Shown piece by piece: positions 44,586 to 53,574 of a stretch of DNA of 64,000 bases (position 1 is its first letter; every line of letters starts with the position of its first letter). The position numbers were made by a program, and so were the translations under genes. The notes under the pieces were generated by a model, which was given only the letters and a program-made list of their open reading frames with translations, did not search any database and was not told the DNA's origin. Origin of the DNA: a virus; IMG/VR virus record IMGVR_UViG_3300045988_159436. One strand, written 5' to 3'.

Positions 44586-46446
44586 ATGAAGATAGAAAAT
44601 GTTAGAATATATGGTTTGCCAGAGAGCTTAATAGCCTCTGGCTATCCTATGTTATCTACAGAATTAAATGAAGAGGAATTTTTAAAGGAAGTAGAAGCGA
44701 CAGAAAAAATAATTAAAAATAAATCTGGTAGTAATAAACATATAGAAAGAGGTATTAGATTAGGCAATTCTCCTTTAGGTAGCGGACATAATTGTGCTTT
44801 AAAGGGAATTACAGTACAATTTGATTTAACTTTGCCTCAGTATACATGGCAACAGTTACAAAGATATCACTATATTGATTTTATAAGCTCAATGGGCGTT
44901 TTAGGCAGTAATGCCTAAAATTATCAGACGGAGAACCTGTAAATGCAGGGTGTCAGAAATGGCTAACGGTTCAGAACTAGAGATAGTTTATGAGTAAGGG
45001 AAGCTAAACCTTTCGAGGCAAGCTAATACCGTGCTGTATAAATTTGAAAAGGAAATTATTATGGAAAAAATTGAAGATATGATTATTTTAGAGTATTTAC
45101 CACTTCAAAAAGTAAGAGTGAGATGCTCTATTTGTGGAAAAGAAAGAATAGTATCTTTAAGAAATTTAAGGAGAAAAGGCAATAGACATACTATAAATAC
45201 TTGTAAAGAATCTTTTGTTAATTTACTAATAGGAAAAGAGCTAGGCGATTATGTTGTTTCTGGTTCTGCTCCTAAAAATAAAATAGAATTAAGCTGTAAG
45301 ATATGTGGGCATAAAACGTCTTGTTATGAAAGTGGGCTAACCCCAAGATTCCATAATGGTAGCACTTGTAAAGAAGATTTTGCTAAAAGTTTTCTAGGAA
45401 AATCTACAGATGCTTTTAAGATAGTTGATTATTTTAAAAAGGGACAACAGTATCAATTAGTGTTAGAATGTTTATCCTGTGCAACACGAAGGAATATACC
45501 TATTAATAAAATAGATACATATTCTTTTTCTCATAAAGATTGTTTTTATTTTCTTCCTAATGATAACATAAAGAAAACTATAAGTTATCGTTGGGAGGGG
45601 ATAAATCAACGTGTTTTTAATCCTAACAATAATAACTATACGTATTATGGAGCAAGAGGTGTGCAGAATAAATTCAAAGATAAAGTTGATTTCTATTATC
45701 ATTTTTATCCCGAATTATCTAAAAATTCTTCTCTAACTATAGATAGAATAGATGTTAATGGGGATTATAGCAAAGAAAATACAAGACTAATTACAATAAA
45801 AGAACAGCAGTCTAATAAAAGAGAAACTCATTATTTTATAGCACAAGCTGGTGATAAATGCTATGTTTCTAATAACACTATGGAATTTGGAAAAAGATTT
45901 GGCATAAATGGTAGAAGCATAGGAAATTGTTTGAGAGGACAATCTAAAACTGCTGGTGGCTTTAAATTCAAAGAAATTACAAAAGAGCAATTTGAGAATT
46001 TATGTAGTGTAACGACTAAAGGGATAATTGTTATCCAAGAGGTTGTAGGTGAAATTCCTACGCTGTAGCACCGTCCCCCTGAAAAGGGTGAAGAGATAGT
46101 CTATTCCCTTCAAATACGCCGAAAGGCGGGGTATAAAGCAATGTCAAAAATGCATCGTATTACAATGCTTGATTTAGATAAACATTGTCCTTTAGTGGAT
46201 AATGAATTATTAAAAATTTCACAAAGATATGTAAATGCTTATAAAAAAGGTGAGATTGGCATAGATGCTTGTTTATCTAATATTCCTATGGGATTACAGA
46301 TGACAGCACGAATGACTACAAACTATTTACAACTATTATCTATTTATCATCAGAGAAATACCCATCGTTCAGATGAATGGAAAGAATTTTGTTCTTGGGT
46401 AAAAACACTGCCTATGTTTAAAGAGTTGTGTTTAAAAGGAGAATAA
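44586..46446 (+). CDS. ThyX-like (flavin-dependent thymidylate synthase family) gene split by a group I intron
   Basis: Exon 1 (44586 to about 44915) and exon 2 (about 46136-46446) together show the ThyX-like pattern ...LPQYTWQQLQR... / ...HRI...NELLKISQRY... / ...RNTHRSDEWKEF (compare APIFVARQWFRHR, ELSGRY, RADSHAQWEI). Exact splice junction not determined. Confidence 0.4.
44916..46135 (+). mobile_element. group I intron carrying a homing-endonuclease ORF
   Basis: 5' part ggttcagaactagag (R-like) and 3' part agagatagtctattc (S-like) flank the ORF; sits between two halves of one gene. Confidence 0.55.
45031..46068 (+). CDS. intron-encoded homing endonuclease (zinc-finger + HNH_3-like domain)
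   Basis: N-terminal CSICGKE/CKICGH zinc knuckles; C-terminal IDRIDVNGDYSKENTRLITIKEQQSN resembles the HNH_3 motif. Start may be Met11 (45061). Confidence 0.5.
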   Translation: MLYKFEKEIIMEKIEDMIILEYLPLQKVRVRCSICGKERIVSLRNLRRKGNRHTINTCKESFVNLLIGKELGDYVVSGSAPKNKIELSCKICGHKTSCYESGLTPRFHNGSTCKEDFAKSFLGKSTDAFKIVDYFKKGQQYQLVLECLSCATRRNIPINKIDTYSFSHKDCFYFLPNDNIKKTISYRWEGINQRVFNPNNNNYTYYGARGVQNKFKDKVDFYYHFYPELSKNSSLTIDRIDVNGDYSKENTRLITIKEQQSNKRETHYFIAQAGDKCYVSNNTMEFGKRFGINGRSIGNCLRGQSKTAGGFKFKEITKEQFENLCSVTTKGIIVIQEVVGEIPTL

Positions 46447-46450
46447 ATGT

Positions 46451-46870
46451 ATGGATTTAAACTCTGTTAATATAACAGCTACACAAGTAGCTAAAAATTA
46501 TTTTTCAGCTTATGTTGAAAATGGCTTTATTTATTCTTATAGTGTATATGGTGAAAGACAACAAGTTGGTGTTACAAATGATGCTTATACTGCTTTACAG
46601 AAGACAGCGCAAGAAGCTTTAGATAAAGCTGAAAAGTATTATCAACGATTAGTAGAGTTAGGAGATATAGTACCTCCTAAAACATCAGAAGAAACTATTG
46701 CAGAATTGATGTCTGTAGTTAGTGAATTACGTAATGAGATAAGAGAAATGAAGACAGTTCAACATAAGGGGGATTCAAATGAATCTATTAAGTATACTGA
46801 AAGCTCTGGGAATAAAAATTTCCCCACAAATAGAGGAAGCTATAGCAAAGGCACAGCAACTGGCAAATAA
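46451..46870 (+). CDS. hypothetical protein
   Basis: RBS aaaaggagaataaATG. Confidence 0.4.
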   Translation: MDLNSVNITATQVAKNYFSAYVENGFIYSYSVYGERQQVGVTNDAYTALQKTAQEALDKAEKYYQRLVELGDIVPPKTSEETIAELMSVVSELRNEIREMKTVQHKGDSNESIKYTESSGNKNFPTNRGSYSKGTATGK

Positions 46871-47129
46871 CTATGGCAATTCTAAAGAGGGCTTTATAAA
46901 AGCAGTTAATGAAAATGGTGGAACAGAATCTTTAACAAAAGCCTTAGCAACATTAGATAATCCAAATGTTGCTAGAGTTTTAACAGCGTTAGGGCACCCG
47001 CCAGAGTCTATAAAACAAGCAGTTAATAGTCTTGGAGCAATAGCTCCTACGCCACGACAAACTCCTAATAATCAAAATATTTCTAATGAGATTAGGTCTT
47101 TTGAAGAAAGGCTTAAAAGATTAAAGTAG
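46779..47129 (+). CDS. hypothetical protein (overlaps the previous ORF out of frame; start uncertain)
   Basis: ORF with helical repeats. Confidence 0.3.
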   Translation: MNLLSILKALGIKISPQIEEAIAKAQQLANNYGNSKEGFIKAVNENGGTESLTKALATLDNPNVARVLTALGHPPESIKQAVNSLGAIAPTPRQTPNNQNISNEIRSFEERLKRLK

Positions 47130-47166
47130 TAATGCTTTAGTTATATATTTTAAGGAGTGATTTTAA

Positions 47167-47664
47167 GTGGATGAAAAAATGAATTGGGGCTTTATCATTC
47201 TTATCTTCTTGTTCTTTATGATTTTTGGAGGATGGGGTAATGGTGGTCTGTTTGGTGGCAGAGGTGGAGAATGCGCTGGTTGTGGTGTAGTTTCTAATTG
47301 TCAAGTAGAAAAACAGCAAATCATTGATACAGCTAGAACTCAATACATGATTGAAAACACTGCAAAACAAACTCAAGAACAGGCAATGGCTTTAGCTAAT
47401 GCTCTTGGAACTAAAATTGATTTCTATGAATATCAAAATCTGCGTGACCAACTGGCACAAGAAAGAACTAAAAATGTGGTTCTGGAAAATCGTGTCTATA
47501 GTGATGCTAAATTTAATGCACTGGAAAGACAGAACGAAGCTATGTTTGGCGTATTAAAATCTGAAATTGCAGACTTGTCTTGCAATGTTCCGAAACGTCC
47601 TCCATACTATGCACAAGGTTTTGTAACTTGTGGTTCTCCAATTCCTAATGGATGTTGCAACTAA
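47167..47664 (+). CDS. membrane-anchored coiled-coil protein
   Basis: N-terminal TM (WGFIILIFLFFMIFGGWG), Gly-rich linker, coiled coil, C-terminal Cys pair. Confidence 0.4.
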   Translation: MDEKMNWGFIILIFLFFMIFGGWGNGGLFGGRGGECAGCGVVSNCQVEKQQIIDTARTQYMIENTAKQTQEQAMALANALGTKIDFYEYQNLRDQLAQERTKNVVLENRVYSDAKFNALERQNEAMFGVLKSEIADLSCNVPKRPPYYAQGFVTCGSPIPNGCCN

Positions 47665-47698
47665 TCTTTTGAAGTTCCGCTTATTTGCGTGATTGAGG

Positions 47699-47726
47699 GG
47701 TAGGCGGTATGCCTACCTCTCTTTTT
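47699..47726 (+). terminator. rho-independent terminator (ggtaggc-ggtat-gcctacc + tctcttttt)
   Basis: Perfect 7-bp stem followed by a T-run. Confidence 0.6.
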
Positions 47727-47746
47727 ATATTAAGGAGCGATTATTA

Positions 47747-48127
47747 ATGAATTGTAATTGTACAAATATTTTAGCCTCTACTTCTATTACATCAGAAGCT
47801 AATGATATTGATATCGTGGTTCCAAGCAGAACTATTTATAATGGTCAATGTGAGAAGTTATTAATACAACAGGCAATTCCTGTAAGTACAAATGGAAATG
47901 CAGTTCCTGTAAAATTAACTATTGGCGATGCTTCTGTTTTATTATTAGACCGTTGTGGAAACGCTGTTTTTTCTGACCAATTAAAATCAAGAAAAATCTA
48001 TGATATCAGATTTCACACAACAGCTTTAACAGCTACTATTCTGTGTTCTATTCCAAACTGTACTAGCGGAGTAAATACTGTATTTAATCCTGCAACACCT
48101 CCTTCTGAGCCTGTTCCAAGTAATTAA
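47747..48127 (+). CDS. hypothetical Cys-containing protein
   Basis: RBS aaggagcgattattaATG; ORF-track start 47693 lies inside the terminator. Confidence 0.4.
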   Translation: MNCNCTNILASTSITSEANDIDIVVPSRTIYNGQCEKLLIQQAIPVSTNGNAVPVKLTIGDASVLLLDRCGNAVFSDQLKSRKIYDIRFHTTALTATILCSIPNCTSGVNTVFNPATPPSEPVPSN

Positions 48128-48145
48128 TAGACAGGAGGATTAGCT

Positions 48146-48376
48146 ATGAAACTAGATTTAGTGTCCTTAATGTTAGGTTTTGGTGTTGGTTATCTAGCAT
48201 TGACAGAATCAGGTAGAAAACAGTTAATAAAAGTAAGCAATCAAGGTGGGGAATTAGTAAATAAGCTTACAGATAAGTATATAGGCGAGCCTATCAGTAA
48301 AGCATTAGGGGGAATAGAAAGTGTCACACATGAAGAAGTCGTTAATGCATCTGACGAAGAAGCAAAACTGGATTGA
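48146..48376 (+). CDS. small membrane protein
   Basis: RBS caggaggattagctATG; N-terminal TM. Confidence 0.4.
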   Translation: MKLDLVSLMLGFGVGYLALTESGRKQLIKVSNQGGELVNKLTDKYIGEPISKALGGIESVTHEEVVNASDEEAKLD

Positions 48377-48776
48377 TGATTTAGTTGAAATATTAAAATG
48401 TAGATTAAAATATCCTACAACAGATTTAAAAGAAGTTTATGAAGATATAGAAGAAGACATTTATTTATGTGTTAATGGCGAGCATTTTGATGAGGACTTA
48501 GCGAAACAAGCCGTTAGTGAGATGATAAATGCAGGTGGTACAACTGGCGAGAAATGGAGCAAGGAGCGTACTGATGAGGCTGCTAGGATTGTCGGCATCA
48601 CTGAAAACCTCTGGGATTTTTACTATGTTATTAATATGTACTACAGCGATTACAACACAGTTATCGGTGAAGATATTACAATGGCGGCGAAACTCTCTAA
48701 AGCGTTCATTGAGGATGTAGATGTTCCAGAAGGAAAGGCTTATAGATACTACAAATATGTAGTTAAAGATGAATAA
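48321..48776 (+). CDS. hypothetical protein
   Basis: ORF overlapping the previous gene end. Confidence 0.35.
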   Translation: MSHMKKSLMHLTKKQNWIDDLVEILKCRLKYPTTDLKEVYEDIEEDIYLCVNGEHFDEDLAKQAVSEMINAGGTTGEKWSKERTDEAARIVGITENLWDFYYVINMYYSDYNTVIGEDITMAAKLSKAFIEDVDVPEGKAYRYYKYVVKDE

Positions 48777-48987
48777 TAACAGAAATAATAATAGTCTTCT
48801 GGATACTTTAGGAGCTTTGGGTGATTTATTAGGCATATTAAACTACATAGAAAATTTACAACAAACTAAAAATGATGTTATAATGAAAGAACTAAGAAAG
48901 CAGGATAGTGTATATTTTAAGCAAATATTAGAGAATCAAGCAAGAATTGAAGAAAAGTTAGATAAGTTACTTGACAAGCAAGAGTAG
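48769..48987 (+). CDS. hypothetical protein
   Basis: ATGA overlap with the previous gene. Confidence 0.35.
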   Translation: MNNNRNNNSLLDTLGALGDLLGILNYIENLQQTKNDVIMKELRKQDSVYFKQILENQARIEEKLDKLLDKQE

Positions 48988-48999
48988 TTATGATATAAT
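48971..48999 (+). promoter_or_regulatory. sigma-A promoter (TTGACA-17-TGaTATAAT)
   Basis: -35 at 48971-76, -10 at 48994-99. Confidence 0.55.
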
Positions 49000-49030
49000 A
49001 GAGGTGTAGTCAAGGCTACGCCTCTATTTT
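49000..49030 (+). terminator. terminator hairpin whose 5' arm overlaps the promoter start region (agaggtgtag...ctacgcctct + T4)
   Basis: 10-bp stem (one G-U pair), 6-nt loop, then a T-run. Confidence 0.4.
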
Positions 49031-49049
49031 AATTATAAGGAAGATTAAA

Positions 49050-49313
49050 ATGCAGAAATTTAAATTGAGAAGTAACGACCTAGATACTTTATATAGTATC
49101 TTTAAACATAGTTCATTAACTCCCTTAGATATAAAGCAGTTAAGACAAAATAAATTTTTCTATACTTATACGCCACGAAGAGCAATGGAAAGAAATGAAA
49201 GAGTTTTTGTTAGAGTGGCAGATACTTTTGACTGTCCAATATTGTTTAATATGGCAGGTAGAAACTTTCTATATTTTTTTAAGGAAGTTAATGATAGGGA
49301 TGAGTGGGAATGA
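49050..49313 (+). CDS. small EWE-terminus family protein (7)
   Basis: Ends ...DRDEWE-TGA; RBS aaggaagattaaaATG. Confidence 0.45.
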   Translation: MQKFKLRSNDLDTLYSIFKHSSLTPLDIKQLRQNKFFYTYTPRRAMERNERVFVRVADTFDCPILFNMAGRNFLYFFKEVNDRDEWE

Positions 49314-49369
49314 TAAAAAATAAAATTAGCAAAGAATTTAAGGAATTTTATGGATGGGAGTAATAAAAC

Positions 49370-49858
49370 ATGAAAATTATAGCAGTAGATTTTGATGGAA
49401 CATTATGTGAAAATAAGTATCCAGAAATAGGTGAGCCTGTTACTGGGTATTATCGAGGGTGGAAAGGTGATAAATATTTTTCTTGTCGTTTTAATTTTAT
49501 TAAGCTTTTAATAGCTTTGCAAGAAATGGGAAATAAAATAATTCTTTTTACTTGCAGAGGTGGTGAACAATTAGAAGAAGCTGTAAGTTGGTGCAATAAC
49601 CTATTTGGATTAAAATTTGATGCAGTTAATAATGATGTAGAAGAAACTTTACAAAGGTATGCTCCGACTCTTGAATTAAGAAATCAATTATCTGCTACAA
49701 GAAAGATTTATGCAGATGTTTATATAGATGACAGAAATTTAAATGCAGATGAATATTTAGAGAAGAATTTAATTTTATTAGATGCAAAATCTTTATATGA
49801 TATGGGGATAACAGAAAATGCTACAGAATTTTTAATTGAAAGGGTGTTGAATAAATGA
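49370..49858 (+). CDS. HAD-superfamily phosphatase / nucleotidase-like
   Basis: Motif I VDFDGTLC at the N-terminus. Confidence 0.5.
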   Translation: MKIIAVDFDGTLCENKYPEIGEPVTGYYRGWKGDKYFSCRFNFIKLLIALQEMGNKIILFTCRGGEQLEEAVSWCNNLFGLKFDAVNNDVEETLQRYAPTLELRNQLSATRKIYADVYIDDRNLNADEYLEKNLILLDAKSLYDMGITENATEFLIERVLNK

Positions 49859-50217
49859 GAAAAATAGTTGTGGCTGGTACAAGAGAATTTAATGATTATA
49901 GATTATTATGTGATGTTTTAGATTTTCATATAAATGGTGAACAAGTAATTATAATTAGTGGTAATGCTAAAGGAGCAGATTCAATGGGAGAGGTTTATGC
50001 TTCTTCTCATAATTTGAAATGTGTAAAATTTCCCCCTGATTATGAAACTTATCCCTCTAAAGTAGCTCCATTAAAAAGGAACGAGGAAATGGCAAAGGAA
50101 GCTACAGAAGGAATTATATTTTGGGATGGTGTTTCAAGAGGTACTTGGAATATGATTCAGCAATTAAGAAAATATAAGAAAAAAGTAACTATTATTAACT
50201 ATAGGAAGTTGGCATAA
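49855..50217 (+). CDS. SLOG / DprA-like Rossmann-fold protein (DUF2493-like)
   Basis: GNAKGADSMGE (GxxxGAD) motif in a ~120-aa protein. Confidence 0.4.
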   Translation: MRKIVVAGTREFNDYRLLCDVLDFHINGEQVIIISGNAKGADSMGEVYASSHNLKCVKFPPDYETYPSKVAPLKRNEEMAKEATEGIIFWDGVSRGTWNMIQQLRKYKKKVTIINYRKLA

Positions 50218-50218
50218 A

Positions 50219-50827
50219 ATGGATAATTGCGAATTTTATTTATTATATAGCGGTGGGTATGATAGCACTGTGTTGCTTTATGATTTTATTGATAAATTAC
50301 CTAATAAATTGACGGTAATACATATTGTTACTCAGTATAATCAAGAAGAAACAAAAGCGGCAAGAAAAATAATTGAATTAGTAAAAGATAAAATTCTTAA
50401 CTATATTGAATTAGAAATGCCTGTTTACAAAACAGAAATAGAATACATTCCTTATAGAAATGCTCAATTTATATTAAGAGCACTTTCAACCTTGACAATT
50501 AAAGCAAGATGTGCTATAATATTATTAGGGTTGATAAAGGTAGAGGAACCTTTCCCTGATTGCACACAATATTGGTTAAAAACAATGGAGAAATTAGTTC
50601 AAGTAGAAAATCCTCATATTGGATTAGAGGCACCTTATATCAATAATACTAAAGATGAAATTTATACCGTAGGATGCAAGTTTAAGGTTCCTTTAAGAAA
50701 TACTTTTAGTTGTAACTTTCCTGTAGATGGTGCAGAATGCGGGGAATGTGGAAACTGTAAATGGAAAGCAAAACATAAATATCCTAATTATTTTAGAGTT
50801 ATAGAAGGAGGTAAAAACAATGTTTAA
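50219..50827 (+). CDS. queC: 7-cyano-7-deazaguanine synthase QueC
   Basis: PP-loop YSGGYDST; C-terminal zinc cysteines CNFPVDGAECGECGNCKWK. Confidence 0.7.
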   Translation: MDNCEFYLLYSGGYDSTVLLYDFIDKLPNKLTVIHIVTQYNQEETKAARKIIELVKDKILNYIELEMPVYKTEIEYIPYRNAQFILRALSTLTIKARCAIILLGLIKVEEPFPDCTQYWLKTMEKLVQVENPHIGLEAPYINNTKDEIYTVGCKFKVPLRNTFSCNFPVDGAECGECGNCKWKAKHKYPNYFRVIEGGKNNV

Positions 50828-51020
50828 AATTATTAATGGTAAGGGAACAGGTTCTAACACGCAAAAGAGTGCAGTGAATACCTCCCCACAAGTAAAGATT
50901 ACTAGCCCAGCAACAAGAAGAAGTTTATCTTGGCTTAGAAGGGTGCAAACAAGTTTAACTCCAAGAACAAAAAAAGCTTTGGATTGGTTAGAAGCCAATA
51001 GTGTTAGATTACCTAAATAA
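50820..51020 (+). CDS. hypothetical basic protein
   Basis: ORF overlapping the previous gene end. Confidence 0.3.
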   Translation: MFKIINGKGTGSNTQKSAVNTSPQVKITSPATRRSLSWLRRVQTSLTPRTKKALDWLEANSVRLPK

Positions 51021-51035
51021 TAGGAGAATTAGTTA

Positions 51036-52877
51036 ATGAAAAATGGATATACGTTATTTCTTTCTGGCGTTGAACCAGAAGAAAATTTCTATACTGCAAT
51101 AGACGTTACTTCTAGTCTATTGCAGTCTTATTGGTATATAAAGCGGCGTGGAAAAGATAAAATTGTAGAACGTTTTGATAAAGTTAAGAAGAACTCTTTG
51201 TTAATTGATAGTGGAGCACATACCTTTCTCACTTTAGCAGAATATCAAGATAAGACAGTAGATTATTGGGAAGAGTATATAAAAGGGTATATAGCTTTTG
51301 TAAGAAAACATAGAGAAAAAGTATTTGCTTGTGTTGAAATGGATATAGATACTTTAGTAGGAACAGAACAAGTAAATAAATGGAGAGAAGAATACTTTCA
51401 TTCTTTAGAGGAAGAGGGCATTCCTGTTATTTATGTTTATCATGCAGAAAAAGGATTGGAAGAGTGGGAAAGAATGTGTAAAGCATATCCCTATGTAGGA
51501 TTCTCTTATAATGAATTTGAAGATGCTATTTTAATTGATAAATTATTTGAAATAGCAATGGAATATAAAACTAAAGTACATGGTTTTGCAGTATCGGGGT
51601 ATAGGGAATTATTAAAACATGAGTATTATACAAGTGACAGTACAAGCTGGATTACAGGAGCTCAATATGGAGAATTAAACTATTTTGAAGGTGGAAAATT
51701 AAAGCGGTTAACAAAAGAGAAATGGAAAAATGAATATTATGCAAAAATACTTGATTTATGCACAAGTAAAAAGTTACTAGAAGCAGAGGCTCCTTATGAA
51801 TTAATGCGTATTAGTGCTTTAAGCTATAAGAAATTAGAAGAGCATGTAAATGATATATTTAGAGGTAAAAGATATTGGGTTGGAAGAAAGGAAGTGTCTA
51901 AAGTAGCGAGTAAGGAAAATTTACCGCCAGTAGAATGGTTTTCAACTGATATGGAAGATTGGCAAGAATGGGCACAGAAATTAAATATAGATACTAACCT
52001 TCCTGATGAAGCAGGTAAATCATTAGTTGTTGCCTGTTACAATTTTGTGACAGATAATCCTATTATAAATGAGTATCCTCTTGAAGAGTTAATTGATTTA
52101 TGTGGGCTTTTTGGTGATAAGAAGTCAAATACTCTTACCAAGTGCCGAAAAGCCCTTAAAGAGCACTTTACAGCTCTCTTAAAGGGCAGTATGGATTTAT
52201 CCACTTTGACAGAAGAAGAAGTAGAAGAGAAAAAAAATGTAGCTCCAAAAGAGCGGGAAGAGTATGTTCAAGAAAAAGAGTATGTAGAATGTACTGTTAG
52301 CAAGGAAGAGTGTCAAGGTTTATTAAAAGGATTATTAACTTCTGGTGTGACAGATGAAGCAGAGAAAGCTTTAATTGAACAGGGAATAGAGCCTATTTAT
52401 GATGAGAATGGAAATATTAAAGCAGGTATTAAACGAATAAAGAAAAGAAAATCTTTAAGTTCAAGTGTGATGCCAGAGTTAAGTTGCAATATTTGTACTA
52501 AAGCACGGAGATGTCCTTTATATGAAGAAGGAATGCTTTGTGCTTATAATAAAATGTTTAAGCAATTTGATACAAGAAATCCCGAAGATGTAGTAGATGC
52601 TATGAGCAGTATTGCAAATTTAAGTTTAGAAAGATTATCAAGGGCTGTAACATTTGAAAAGTTAGATGGTGGCTTAAATACTAAAGAAGTAACAGAGACA
52701 ATGGCAGAAGCATGGAAATATCTTGAAAAGATACAAGAAATTCAAACAAAGAGTGATAAAGTTATAGCAGAGCGTAGAGTTGTAACTTCTTCTAATGGCG
52801 ATGTAGAAGTAAGAGAAAGTGTAACAGGAAATCCGCAAGGTTTATTGTCTGAGATTCTAAAAACAAAAAAAAGTTGA
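51036..52877 (+). CDS. tRNA-guanine-transglycosylase-fold protein, candidate DpdA-like 7-deazaguanine DNA transglycosylase, with extra C-terminal domain
   Basis: LLIDSGAHTFL resembles the TGT catalytic DSGGFQ box; co-located with queC/D/E; C-terminal Cys cluster (CNICTKARRCP...C). Tentative. Confidence 0.35.
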   Translation: MKNGYTLFLSGVEPEENFYTAIDVTSSLLQSYWYIKRRGKDKIVERFDKVKKNSLLIDSGAHTFLTLAEYQDKTVDYWEEYIKGYIAFVRKHREKVFACVEMDIDTLVGTEQVNKWREEYFHSLEEEGIPVIYVYHAEKGLEEWERMCKAYPYVGFSYNEFEDAILIDKLFEIAMEYKTKVHGFAVSGYRELLKHEYYTSDSTSWITGAQYGELNYFEGGKLKRLTKEKWKNEYYAKILDLCTSKKLLEAEAPYELMRISALSYKKLEEHVNDIFRGKRYWVGRKEVSKVASKENLPPVEWFSTDMEDWQEWAQKLNIDTNLPDEAGKSLVVACYNFVTDNPIINEYPLEELIDLCGLFGDKKSNTLTKCRKALKEHFTALLKGSMDLSTLTEEEVEEKKNVAPKEREEYVQEKEYVECTVSKEECQGLLKGLLTSGVTDEAEKALIEQGIEPIYDENGNIKAGIKRIKKRKSLSSSVMPELSCNICTKARRCPLYEEGMLCAYNKMFKQFDTRNPEDVVDAMSSIANLSLERLSRAVTFEKLDGGLNTKEVTETMAEAWKYLEKIQEIQTKSDKVIAERRVVTSSNGDVEVRESVTGNPQGLLSEILKTKKS

Positions 52878-52902
52878 CAATAATCCCTTAATATGGTATA
52901 AT
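52874..52902 (+). promoter_or_regulatory. sigma-A promoter (TTGACA-17-TGgTATAAT)
   Basis: -35 at 52874-79, -10 at 52897-902. Confidence 0.6.
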
Positions 52903-52927
52903 AAAACTATATTAAGGGATTTTTTTT
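52884..52927 (+). terminator. terminator hairpin enclosing the promoter -10 (tcccttaatat...atattaaggga + T8)
   Basis: 11-bp perfect stem whose loop contains tggtataat, followed by a T8 run. Confidence 0.55.
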
Positions 52928-52942
52928 AAGAGGTGGCAATAA

Positions 52943-53260
52943 ATGAAGATAATTAGTTATGGAAAAAGATTTAGATTATTAGAAAAAGGGTATATTGGAG
53001 ACAGGTTGTTTTCTAAAGGGTCAATATTTATGGCTACAGGATTAATTAGTTTTAAGGGTAATAATCTGTTCCGTGTTTATAATCCTGATGGCAGTTTAAA
53101 ACAAAATTTGCATACTGGTAATGGACATGTAAATTTTTCTTTAAGTTTATCTCCTATATCAAAAGATGAGCTTTTAGCATCAGAAGAATGTTATTGGTTT
53201 TTAAATGATAGAGAATTAAGAATTTATTTTAAAGAAATTGTCTATGAGGAATGGGAGTAA
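52943..53260 (+). CDS. small EWE-terminus family protein (8)
   Basis: RBS aagaggtggcaataaATG; ends ...YEEWE-TAA inside GAATGGGAGTAA. Confidence 0.45.
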   Translation: MKIISYGKRFRLLEKGYIGDRLFSKGSIFMATGLISFKGNNLFRVYNPDGSLKQNLHTGNGHVNFSLSLSPISKDELLASEECYWFLNDRELRIYFKEIVYEEWE

Positions 53261-53574
53261 GAGTTATGAAAAAATACAAAGAAACTTTTATAACAAAAAG
53301 TCAGTTTTCTGATGGATTAAGGACTTTTCCTAAAGGAACAATATTTGAAAGCACAGGAGTTTTTTGTGGCAGTGAAACACTTTTTTGTGTTTACTATCCC
53401 GATGGCTCTCCTTATACTTGTTTACATGATGGCAATAGTGCTCAAATAATGCTTTTTAATAGTACACCTATAACATTAGCTGAAATTCGAGCACAAGGTG
53501 ATTGTCATTGGTGGGTTAAAGATTCTGATATTAATGAATATTTTATACCAAAATCATCTTTAGAATGGGAGTGA
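53251..53574 (+). CDS. small EWE-terminus family protein (9; paralogue of 8)
   Basis: Start ATGGGAGTAAGAG overlaps the previous stop; ends ...SLEWE-TGA. Shares KG(S/T)IF..TG...........F.VY.PDGS with the previous protein. Confidence 0.45.
   Translation: MGVRVMKKYKETFITKSQFSDGLRTFPKGTIFESTGVFCGSETLFCVYYPDGSPYTCLHDGNSAQIMLFNSTPITLAEIRAQGDCHWWVKDSDINEYFIPKSSLEWE

Noticed and set aside
45031-46068. The 345-aa ORF as a free-standing regulatory zinc-finger protein
   Set aside because: It sits between two halves of one ThyX-like gene inside sequence with group I core elements, so it is more parsimoniously an intron-encoded homing endonuclease.
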